A model generated the notes under the pieces. It was not told where the DNA came from and searched no databases. It worked only from the letters and a program-made list of their open reading frames with translations. From NCBI RefSeq assembly GCF_001194135.2, contig NC_069000.1:778460-842459 (forward strand): a stretch of DNA of 64,000 nucleotides. The letters are read 5' to 3'. Both the position numbers and the translations under genes were made by a program. Every line of letters starts with the position of its first letter. Position 1 is the first letter of the stretch. Positions 52,401-63,460 of the stretch are shown here, in pieces. The stretch is from Octopus bimaculoides (Eukaryota).

Positions 52401-53959
52401 ACCTGGGTGACCTCCCCAGTGCCAGTGCCACTACAAAACCCATCCAGGACACTCTGTAAAGCAGCTGGCCTTCTGAGAGGTGTCCAGATGTAGAAATCAT
52501 GCTGAAGCAGACACCAGAGCTTGGTGCAGCCCTTCAGCTCATCACTCCATGCCAAACTGTCCAACCCATGTGAACAGGTGTTAAATGATGATGATGATGA
52601 TGATGATGATGAAATATGAAAATACCATTTTGTTTGCTGAGATGAGATAGTGAAACAGAAGAATGTCAAAGAAGCTGGCATACCGACAAATTGCTTTCTT
52701 CTCATGTTCAAGACTATGGGATTCAGAACTTTGTTGTCCGCTGCTGGTCGATTGCTGAGTAATCACAGACGTTGTAGTGCTTGTACCACTGCTGGTGGTG
52801 CTACTGGAAAACACACGATTAAAACAATGAGAAATATCAAATGGTTTTGTATGGATGAGGTGACACACATATGAAGAGGAAGGAAAAATTGAAATTCTTA
52901 TGTTTTTAGGAAAAATATTCATAATAAAAGGAAACATGTATTTCCGATTTCACAATTGGTCTTCTATTTGGTCTTCAGCTTCATCACCTCAATCCTCTTG
53001 CCTATGTCTCATCCTTCCTTTAATATTTGCTGTAATGAGAATGTAGGTTCTCATTACACAGCCAGCCTTTAATAGTTTTCTTCATTAATTTACATAACAT
53101 CAATTAATTAATTTCTCAAAGTTAATTTACGTATTTGGAGGAAGGAAGGTTTGATGTTTGCTCACAAAGGACAACTCTGGACATAATTCAGTCTATTAGA
53201 CCTCCTCAGTATAGTTTAATCTACCAATCAGTCAACAAGGATTGCTACATATAGATAAAGGGTTACAAACAATTTGGCAATACTATTTAGGGTTTCTTAA
53301 GCTTTTAGAGCTGGGTATAAATCCTCCCATGGGATGTTATAGAAGAGATAGCTAATCCAATATTTATTAATATATTTCCATTGCAGAGAACCATGGGAAA
53401 GAGTTTTCTATGGTAGCCTTGTGACTGGGATTAAACAGATGAGAACGATATGAATGCCTCTGTGTGTGTGTGTGTGCATTGTGTGAGTGCTGCTATAAAC
53501 AGTGGTGATTGATGTTCTGGAGATGAAGGACTGAACAAAATTATTTGAGCAGAGGTAGAAAGGAAGAGATAAGAGGAGAGACAGATGTGTCCAAGGTGGA
53601 CTTAGGTAAAGGTAGTAAGTAACTTACTATTTCAGAGTAGCAGAAGATCATTGTAGAAGGTCATATTGTTTTGTCTTAAACAATCTGTAGCATGTTTTGA
53701 ATTGTAAATAGCATCAATTTAAAACGTTGGCCAGTTACATCTTACTTAGACTTTTTTACTGAGTTTTCATATAGAATTACAATGAAAAGAGAAGATGGAA
53801 CTTTTATGCCATCATTCGACACATACAGCTCTTGCTAAACATCGTTAAAAAATGTATAAATTTGATCTAAATAAAAGAAAGAAAAGAAGGCCTTTACCTT
53901 TTCGACTCTGGTAGATTAGGAGACGCTGTGGGTGACACAATGTGAGTAGTTGCCAACAT
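45904..53959 (-). CDS. PKNOX1: TALE homeobox protein PKNOX/PREP, whole gene span, 9 coding exons, ~747 aa
   Basis: MEINOX region [15 protein letters not shown]...SFDVDI..FV..QEK and [26 protein letters not shown] is PREP-type rather than Meis-type. Homeodomain KRGILPK...HPYPSEDEK...[14 protein letters not shown]; RFWP motif. Likely single co-orthologue of PKNOX1/2. Confidence 0.93.
46918..47225 (-). CDS. PKNOX1: PKNOX coding exon 8 (helix 3, RFWP motif)
   Basis: [42 protein letters not shown]...; ttccag / GTAAGT at 46917. Confidence 0.92.
47812..47888 (-). CDS. PKNOX1: PKNOX coding exon 7 (TALE PYP loop, helix 2)
   Basis: [26 protein letters not shown]; ctcaag / GTAAGC; not in the ORF track. 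Confidence 0.96.
48548..48693 (-). CDS. PKNOX1: PKNOX coding exon 6 (homeodomain helix 1)
   Basis: PTQITPMGS...[26 protein letters not shown]; tgtcag / GTTTGT. Confidence 0.95.
49200..49341 (-). CDS. PKNOX1: PKNOX coding exon 5
   Basis: [27 protein letters not shown]...PPTP; tttcag / GTAAAT. Confidence 0.9.
50053..50715 (-). CDS. PKNOX1: PKNOX coding exon 4 (MEINOX HR2 plus low-complexity tract)
   Basis: [37 protein letters not shown]...GIVAQPIQ; 663 nt open; ttcag / GTTTGT. Confidence 0.93.
51606..51777 (-). CDS. PKNOX1: PKNOX coding exon 3 (MEINOX HR1)
   Basis: [19 protein letters not shown]...DDTELDSL; aaccag / GTAAGT. Confidence 0.96.
52684..52803 (-). CDS. PKNOX1: PKNOX coding exon 2
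   Basis: STTSSGTS...[11 protein letters not shown]; ttccag / GTATGC; phase 2-2. Confidence 0.88.
53898..53959 (-). CDS. PKNOX1: PKNOX first coding exon ([20 protein letters not shown])
   Basis: ATG at 53959 is the first in-frame ATG after an in-frame TAG (54016-54014); donor GTAAAG at 53897; acceptor tgtgtag ends 54026. Confidence 0.72.
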
Positions 53960-56900
53960 TGGAAGAGTGTTTTGGTAAGTGGTGGGTAACACCACTTCTA
54001 TGACCCATCTGGACTAAAACATCACCTACACAATAACAACAAAGAAAAAAATAACCTTGAAGCTACCTCTGTGTAAATTATGATATTAAATTATATTTAC
54101 AAGAATGAAATGACAATTATCAATGAAAAAATTGTGATTATTTTAATTCATAATTTATTCTTTTATTAACCTACTGTCATTGGCATTTGGCATTTCTAAA
54201 ATGTACCTGAGATTTATGACAGGTGAATTAACATTCACGACAGGTGAAGTGTTTCATTTTCTAAGGTGTTTCTTGATAAGAAATCACAATAACTGGGTGT
54301 ATTGTATCACTGCACGACACAACTCATTGTATCTCAGAAAAAGACATTAGTAGGCATTCTGTTTCTCTATTATACAGTTAAGTGTGCAGTTAGAATATGG
54401 TATACGGCCTGGCAGAGCCTCTACACGGTTATTTGACATACTAGAAATAGCAGCCAAATCTCCCTCAAACCACATTCCAGTTTTAGAACTCAGTGGCCAA
54501 TTACTTAGTTCTTGTAGAGAAATCTCTTGAATGAAAGAAAAGTCAGTTGCTGGGTAAATGCCTTTCCCAGCTTTTTTCTCAGCAGGTTTCATCAATCATG
54601 GACCCCACAGTCTCCTGTCCCTCACACAACTTTCTGTAACCTTTAAACATGCTCTCTCTCTCTCTCTCTAGCTTTTTCTTCCTTTCCCTTTTTTCAGATG
54701 TCACCAAAATGTTCATGGCTTTTTTTTTTCATATGATGATCAATGAATTTAGCTTGATACCTTTTGATATTATTAACAAGTTTTCTGCTAACTTCTGTTC
54801 ATTAATGTATTGGACAACATCCCATTTCTTTTGAAAGGACCAGATGTCCACAGAGGGGGGAGGGGGGATGGACGTCAGAAGGGTGCAGGCTAAGCTGGTT
54901 CCATCTCACGTATGCCACTTGAGGCTCCCCAATCAGATGGTCCAGATGTCTTGTGGAGATCCCAGTTAATGAGGACATGGCAAGAGGTCACCAAGTGAAA
55001 AACCAAGAGGGGCAGTGAGCTTGGAGATCGACCCATTCCAACCATAGAAGTCCTTTTTAATTTGGTAAAGCATGATTCGAAGGAATTTGGCAGTTATTTC
55101 TAGCCTATCGATCAACTGTGTACAGTTGACCTCGTTGGTAAATAAAATAAGTTATAAGCTAACGAGCAAGTATCTATATTCGACCTGCTAGAAACAGCAG
55201 TGAATTTTTACTATTACACTCGTCTCCAAACTCTGATTAGCGGACTTTCAGAATTGTTTTCACTACCTTATGAAGAAGTTAAACAAACTGGGTGATTATT
55301 TCCTTCTGTAAAAGAATTTTCTGTCCCAAAAATTTGATTTTCCACATTTTATGTCTAAACACAAATTTCGTTCCCTTTTCTGGTAAATTTTTACAATTAT
55401 CCTGACCCACGAGACGAGTGTAACTGAGGAAATACAAAAAGTAACAGCCAGTTCCCCTTCAGTCACAGCTATGTTAGCAAAAAAACAAAAAAAAAAACAA
55501 CTTTAATCATAAATCAGCTTGATGAGGTTGACCTAGGGTTAAACAACACGATTAAATAAACCAAGGTACGAAAATACGTTTATATATATATAAAAGCAGT
55601 ATTAATTTGTTTTTTTTAAAGTTAGTAATTAAATAAACTAGAAGAAACATAATTTACAACATATATAAGTAATAATTATAATCAACATTCACACATAACA
55701 TAGATTTAGTTGCGCTAATTACAAAACATTGGTAGAAGTGTAGTTTGGTGTGTTAAATTCCTTCGGAGCCAAATGGAATAAAAATAACCATCAGAATTCC
55801 TCCGAAATATAAATTCGTTTAAGACTTTTTTTTCCACTAACCATTGATATTAAATTTTATGTTAAAGAGTTTTAGAATGAATTTCTGCTTCTAAAAAGAT
55901 ACAAATGAAACGTTCATTAGTAGAGTTTTTACAACAACTACAAGCATACCCATATACACTGTTCAGAATTATTCCATCTTTCGTTTTGATCCACAAAATA
56001 AATAAAATAAATAAATATTTCATGAATGATAGTGAAATTTTCAAGAGTTTTCAGATCTCTTATATGGGAATATAACTAACGATTTGAAATGGTATTTCAG
56101 TCGATTCTGAATGTTTTTCTAATAATATATTTTAACCTCTGAAACTTTTTAGTGACGAGACAGAAACTTTTTACTGGAAATGTTTGAAATTTGTCCTCAA
56201 TTTGTCACAGACATGTGGAGTCCCGATTTTAGGAAAAAGATATTTACCATTGTTGAGTGAATGCAACGTGCTTTTAATATAAAATGCTATTTATTTAGCC
56301 TTGCTCACATTATTATATAAAACCTGAGTTTTTGAAAAAAGAATAAAAAAACGATCTAATGAGGTTTTTTTAAAAAACATTTTAAATGTTTCACTGCATA
56401 TTCTCGTTAACGATTTTTTTTTAATTGTAAATTCCAACACATTATTTTCGCTGAAATCCTCAAATTAAATGAAGACAAATCAAAACACATTTTTATTGGA
56501 ATATAATAAACGATTAGAACTTTCGATAACAAACACTTAAAGCGGTGAAAATCTTGTAAGGTTTCGCTCGCAAAGTGAAATATTGACGGTAGAATTTAAT
56601 TCCAGGAGTACTTCGCTTTTGTAGTATTAATTGTTTGTGACAATTACACAATGTGTGTGAATATGTTTACTTTGGGATTTCTTATGTTTGTTTTTTCTTT
56701 TTTGTTCGTGCAGAATACTTTTGGAATGAATATAAATAAAATAGCAGAAATCTTTAGAACTTTCAACATAGATCTACGGTTCTATTTCGATCCTAAACCT
56801 GATCTGGGGGTCTAAACAACAACTAATATCGCCATGTTTTCAAGAAGGCACTAAATGATTAATTAAAAATTAAACTCCTTTCGGCAATTAATTAGGGAGA

Positions 56901-58121
56901 CAGAAGACTAGGAAAAAGAAAATAAAGCAAAGAATACAATGGTTAATAAGGGGAGAAAGTTCATAGAAAATTATAAACGTTGATTTCCGAAGTTAGACGA
57001 ATAAACCAGTGCCAACGAGAGAACCCCTACGTGTTCATTTGATATGGTAGAAATAACAGTCAAATCTCTCTCGAATCACATATCAAAAGAAAGGACGAAT
57101 TGTGTGAAGTAGTCCGAGATAGGATCGTGCAAAAACAAATGGGATGGTCACTTTTAGAATGCTTTTAATCATGGGGCTGTCTGTCGACCTGATTGGAGAC
57201 AGACCTGGGGCTAAACGACACGATTGCTTGACCTGGTAAAAACAATCTTCCTCGAGTCACCCACCCACCCTGATATTTGAAAAGAAGGACATTAAATACT
57301 GCATCGTCCCAGATACGATGATACTGTGGTGAGTTGGCCACGGTTGGTCTGTCTACTAGAACTGACCGGAAGGAAGCGGGATGAAATAAACAGCAACAAT
57401 CAGCCAACGAGGGAAACTACGCGGTGCTGCTAGAAATACCAGTCAAAACCACACATGAAACAGAGGAGTCCTGTACATATATATATGACGAGACAACAAA
57501 GAGTGGATGGCCACGGCTGGGACACTACTGATAGCTCTATCTGCCCGACTCTGTCAATCTGATTCGATCCTATCTCTGGGTTCACATGCAGGCTGGAGCG
57601 GGGAGCTCAACAACAGCAACAACAACACGAACCAACGAAGGGGCGAACCTCTACCCGATCACTCGACCTGCTAGAAATAACAACCAAATTACCCTCAAAT
57701 CACACCAGACTGACTTTAAAAATATAAAAGGACGGAAGGACACATCGGATAATGAAATTTTGGAAAGGATTGCACTATGTCTAACACATGACAAAAAAAA
57801 GGGATGGTCACGGGTGGAACATTTGATCATAGGTCATGCCTGCCCTGCTCCCGATGTCGGGGCTGACCGAAGCAGGGGGGGGGCGAAAAACAACAACAAC
57901 AATAAAGGAAAGAGAGAGAGAAAGAAAGAGTATAAATGAGTGAGAGAGAGGGAGCGAGTGAGGGAATGAAATGTGGTTCTCGCTACTCTGTATATATATA
58001 TATATGTATGTGTTATATTATTATTATTATTAGTATTATATTATGTTATTATATTGTATGAGACTGAGACAAGACAGACAGCTACACACACACACGGTAG
58101 GCAATTTAATTGGAGGCTCAC

Positions 58122-58230
58122 CTCACATACAGACGCTGTCACTCTTCGTCAAAATGGCGGGCGGCGATCATCACTGCACCCGCCCCGATCACGTGATCCA
58201 ATGACGTCACCGCAGGCGGTTCCAATAAGC
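58122..58230 (-). promoter_or_regulatory. Putative PKNOX core promoter and non-coding exon 1
   Basis: Within ~90 bp: YY1 (CAAAATGGCGG 58150-60), GC boxes (58159-64, 58180-85), palindromic E-box GATCACGTGATC (58187-98), CCAAT (58198, 58222), CRE TGACGTCA (58202-09). Minus-strand donor GAG/GTGAGC at 58122/58121. Confidence 0.72.
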
Positions 58231-58401
58231 TTCTCTCTTCTCTCATATTCATGTCTTGTGATGTTTTAGTCTTATTCTTTCATGTTTTATTTCATTTGTT
58301 TTGTTTTATTGATTAAAATTTTTTTTATTTTGCAATATTTTTCTGGGACCCAGAAAGGGTGTTCCCTAGTCTTGAAATGTCTTGTCCCGTTTGTGATAGA
58401 G

Positions 58402-58451
<50 letters not shown>

Positions 58452-58789
58452 TTCAAATTTTGCCAAGGTTAACTTTACCTGGCATTCTCTGGGGTCGATA
58501 AAATAAAGTACCAGTCAGGTATTGAGGTCGATCGCTTTTGACTGACCTCCTTCCTCCATATTGCTGGTGTTGTGCCAAAATTAGAAAGTCTTATTTATTT
58601 ATAAAATATTTTTATTAATATTTAGCAGAACCAACCGATTGACTTAAAGCCCGGGAGTTTCGTGCGTTAGCACATCAAACTTAGGATTACACCAGTTTGA
58701 TAAGTACCAACGCACGAAACGCTCGGCCCTTAAGTCACTCTGTTGCTTTTTTAAATGTTTATATATATATATATATATATATATACACC

Positions 58790-59200
58790 ACAGTAAGCAC
58801 ATAAATGCGAAGCAAGGTGAGAAAAAGTAGTACTCGAATACCGGAGGTAGAGTAATATGCTTTATTTATTATTAAAGGCGCAAAAACATCACAAAAATAT
58901 CACAAAATAACTGCTACTCAGAGTTTCACGTTCCCGTTCGTCGGACAGTTTAGATTGAGATTCTCACTCTAAACTGTGATATTTTTTTGTTGTTCTTGCT
59001 ACTTGAATAATGTGTTTTGAGTTCTAGTTTTCTTGTATGTATCATCAAACCTATTATTTCTTCACCTTTGGTGAACGTAGCTTTGACCTGGTAGGATTTA
59101 TATTGAACGGTGTGGCATCCAACGATCATCAGGTGTTTCAATCTTGAACCGTAATACTCTCCTGTAGGTGGGTCAGCAGAGGTGGTCAAATCACTGGACA
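58790..59200 (-). mobile_element. Penelope-like element 3' terminal region (remnant)
   Basis: Hammerhead motif followed on the minus strand by AATAAA (58861-66) and a (TA)n tail (58760-94), the usual PLE pseudo-LTR layout; upstream ORF remnant not diagnostic. Confidence 0.5.
58909..58950 (-). ncRNA. Minimal type I hammerhead ribozyme motif (U4C core variant) in a Penelope-like terminal repeat
   Basis: AACUGU-CCGACGA-ACG(GGAA)CGU-GAA-ACUC(U)GAGU-A^GCAGUU: stems I, II and palindromic III present, GUA cleavage triplet. Confidence 0.65.
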
Positions 59201-59249
59201 TCATCATCTCCTGATTTACAGCTTAACTTCTCTTTCTTACTTCATAACC

Positions 59250-59990
59250 AACAAGTGGCTCTTTACGTTGCTTCAACCATTCTGCACACAGCTACTTTTA
59301 CCACTTTTTTTCTTATTTCACTGACTGTATGCGTTTCCCACGCTGACTGGGCAAAGAATTTTCAACAACCAACCTCATTTGAAAATAGCCATGATCGCCA
59401 TAGCCTCAACCTGCAATCCTGCAAAATGTTCTGGTACTTGACGTGCTTCTTCTATTCAAAGGCTTGGTCGCACCTCTATACCCACGGAACTGTAAGTTCA
59501 ATCAGGATTATCTACCTTGCCTTGTCAGACCACAAACCCATGACCAGTCTCAGGCTTATTTGAACGACTTGGCTAAATTGAAGCTTTTCCTCAAGTCTAC
59601 TTCCGTATCCCACGATTGGTTTTCTTTGCAGTAAACTGTTTCTTCCTTTCGCTGCAGTCAGCACCTTTTCTCCTTTTCCCACGAACTTGAATGGTGGTAT
59701 TACTTTCTCTCTGCTGTTGGCGTTTCTTGTGTCTTATAGTTTCAGGGTGTGAGCAAGTGTCGCAGGTGTCTCTAGCACCTTCTCATGGCCCACTTGTACT
59801 TTCCATGGGTAAGCACCGTTTCGTATCCTGACAAGGTGTCAGAGTACCCCTTTCTTCACAAAGCCAACACATCTGGTACCTAACGAGAACATGAAATACG
59901 AAAACATGGAAAACGAACTTTGGGGGCGAACAACGAAACAAATAGAGAAACGAGACAGGCAACATAAAGAACAATCCCTTCATCAGTTGT
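59250..59990 (-). mobile_element. Decayed RLE-type non-LTR retrotransposon 3' part (HERO/R4-like)
   Basis: Zinc-knuckle remnant MCWLCEERGTL, then LWSDKAR*IILIELTVPWV*RCDQAFE*KKHVKYQNILQDC...EVGC, matching the restriction-like endonuclease C-terminus; many stops. Confidence 0.7.
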
Positions 59991-62900
59991 CCACTGTTTT
60001 ATCTACTCCGCATTTCGAGCATTAGAACAAGATGCGCCTTCGTCAAAACAGTTGCTCCCGCAAAGCAAATTAAATAAAATTTGGGATTTGCANNNNNNNN
60101 NNNNNNNNNNNNNNNNNNNNNNNNNNNNNNNNNNNNNNNNNNNNNNNNNNNNNNNNNNNNNNNNNNNNNNNNNNNNNNNNNNNNNNNNNNNNNNNNNNNN
60201 NNNNNNNNNNNNNNNNNNNNNNNNNNNNNNNNNNNNNNNNNNNNNNNNNNNNNNNNNNNNNNNNNNNNNNNNNNNNNNNNNNNNNNNNNNNNNNNNNNNN
60301 NNNNNNNNNNNNNNNNNNNNNNNNNNNNNNNNNNNNNNNNNNNNNNNNNNNNNNNNNNNNNNNNNNNNNNNNNNNNNNNNNNNNNNNNNNNNNNNNNNNN
60401 NNNNNNNNNNNNNNNNNNNNNNNNNNNNNNNNNNNNNNNNNNNNNNNNNNNNNNNNNNNNNNNNNNNNNNNNNNNNNNNNNNNNNNNNNNNNNNNNNNNN
60501 NNNNNNNNNNNNNNNNNNNNNNNNNNNNNNNNNNNNNNNNNNNNNNNNNTATATATGTATATATATATATATATATATATACAAATGATATATGAGCATA
60601 TGTATGTATACATACAAATTATGTACCTACATCTAATATTAACTTTAGTATTTAGGAGTTATCTCCCTTCCCATGCTTTAATTAAATCATTATAAACATT
60701 CATTTTCTTCATTTTGGGATCAATTTTCATAAATAGCATTGTTTTCTTTTACTCACTGCATATAAGTTGTTACTTAACTAATTGTTGGTGTCATTTATTT
60801 CAGCCCTAAGTCTATACCAGTGAAGTAAACGAGCACAGAAACCGGGTAGCGGAATTGTTTGCGAGTGTGTGAGCACACGTTTATATATAATTATGTGTTT
60901 CTATTTATGTACAAATGCGTGTATATGTGTATTTAGATATAAGCATGTGAGAATTGTGTGTGCATGCGTGCATTTATATGTGGACGTGTACCTGTGTGTT
61001 AGTGAACGGTGCGCGCCTGTATATTTTAGTATATTTGTACGTACACATGTGTGTTAAATAATCCCACCTTCTTCCCCGAGCAGTGGATCAATGACAGACA
61101 CGCCGCCTGTCAGTCAAGGGAAAAACGATCGATCAAAATCCGAACGACCAGCCGTGGGGAGGCCCCCTTTGCCTGTCATGCTGCGCTGAGTAATATGTAT
61201 GTGTGGCGTGTATCTAAGAGTGTGAACGTTCTTATATGAGAAAGGGGGAGTAGTATGGGATGATAGGAGAAAGGAGTGGTGGCGGGAGGAGATGGCAAGG
61301 AAGAGGCGGTGAAAGAACGAAAGAAAGAAAGAGATAAGACTGGATGGTTGCGGTGGTTATTCAATTGATTCGAATGTAGGAAGGTGGGGGAGTTAAAAAA
61401 ATAATGGTGCTTATGTATATATGTGTGTGTGTGTGTGTGTGTGTAAAATAATAACAGTGAAATAGATGAAGTGTCGTACTAGGTGGCAAAGTTGTATAGT
61501 AACTGCCGGAATCGAAAGAATTGCATAAACGAACATTACACTCGATTGAACCAACTCGGGAGTTCGACCTACGAGAACGATCGGCAGAATTTCGGTTAAT
61601 ACACACTCAACAGTCTTCAGTAAACAAGGATACATTGGACGATGTATTCCTTGATATACAGGGCAGTCTTATTAGCAAGTCTCTTATCATAGGTCTCCGT
61701 GGTCAGGAGTGACCATATATTAAATAATTATAACCCCGACACAGGTATGGATTGGAGATGAATGGAACCTTCGTAATATTGGTAAATGAATTGTGACATT
61801 AGCACAAACCCTGAAGATTTGCAAAAGTAAATCTGAATAATGGGAGCGAATCGATCGACCCGAGTACACGTATATTAGTTATTTCATTGGACCCGGAGAG
61901 AAAAACTGCGGAATTTGAAGTCAAAACTCATATTGTACGGCATATTTGTTATCCCATATTACGAACTCGAGACTACACAATTGTAACATGAATAGCTTTA
62001 AATTTTCTGTTGGGGAAAAATAAAACACACACACTAATACTTCAACAATCAAATTATCCAAAATGTGTACAATTAATTTTCTTAATTATAAAATACATAA
62101 TTATATAAAATATATAACTGTATGCAATGCATTAACAAGGATGGTAGTGTTGACGAAGAACTCTTTCATACGTATATTATTTTATTCCTTTGTTTCAATT
62201 TTTATTCTTTTGAGTTTACGATCGCAATATAAAGCGATCGCCGCCTCTATATTATGAAATACAAAATGGAATTTTCATGTCGTTTATATATTACTAAAAT
62301 GGGAAGGGTTTTTTTTTTGTTTTGTTTTTTAGATTGCCTGTCCTTTCGGATACATTGTTTTTTAGCTCAAGTCAGCCTTGATCGAGTTGGCTTATAAAAT
62401 CAAGTTTTCCAAACACGACAACCCTAGTTCTCTCTTTTTTCTATATGTAGACAATGTATTAATCATTTTTATTGCCTAAGTAGTTCCATGACCATAGCCA
62501 TTCCAGCAGCTATGACTACATCGTCTTATTTTCAAGAGTCAAGTGCATCAGAATTATTCTTCCTTATGCCCTTTATTATGATAGTGTGTGTTCGGGAGAT
62601 TGACTGCTATAGCTCGCATGGCAAACGACCATATAGAGGCTCCCTTAAATATGTTATTATTGTTATTTAGACCCATGTTTGTCATATAGAGAAGACCTAT
62701 GATTAAAGACGTTCCAATTGTAACCACCTTATTTTTTTTACCAGGGACCAAACTGCCCAATGTATTTTTATTTAAACTGGCAGAACATGGTTTGAGTGGA
62801 ATTTATGTTATATCTAGCAAATTAAGGGATCACATCGAGATTCCCTCGGCTCTTTTCAGGCTTCATTCGTCGCTAACAAATGACAATTTCTCGTGGTTAA

Positions 62901-63109
62901 TGTACAAAATAACGGTAAATGTTGAGTTTCCGTTCGTAAAAGAAAGTAAAGGGACATAACTAAATACACCCCAATATGTTAGATTCTTCACTCACCCTTG
63001 TCACCCATCGTCAGCTTTATCTGTTATTTACAACTGATTTCTAGCTTCGCTTTGGAGAAAATGGTTATTTACTCGACTTCGTCCTCTCAACGATTAGCCG
63101 GAGATGATT

Positions 63110-63429
63110 TTTTAAAATGAGAATATCTGAAATAAACTCAACTGCTCTCACAAAAGGGAATACACAGAGAGCCATGATCACAAGTTATGCAGATGATACA
63201 AAACACCCCGTCCTTCCTTATTCATCTATCACCCCTTCCTTTCTCATTCACAAACACAAGGGTATTATTATAGTAGATTATCTCGGTAACCATGGGAGCT
63301 ATGAAAAAATACAAAGCCCAGCAACACTACCAGATCATTCTAGAGAACTGTGTAAATTTTTGCACAATTCCACCCAGCTGTTTGACCGTGAATCCCAAGA
63401 CAAGAAAGAATCTCCCATGTCAAATTTAT

Positions 63430-63460
<31 letters not shown>

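Noticed and set aside
45904-53959. Calling the homeobox gene Meis/homothorax
   Set aside because: [35 protein letters not shown] and RFWP are PREP/PKNOX-type, not Meis-type.
58154-58204. Plus-strand AAAATGGCGG as the start of a divergent coding gene
   Set aside because: The frame closes after 16 codons and no downstream coding exons were found; treated as a YY1 site.
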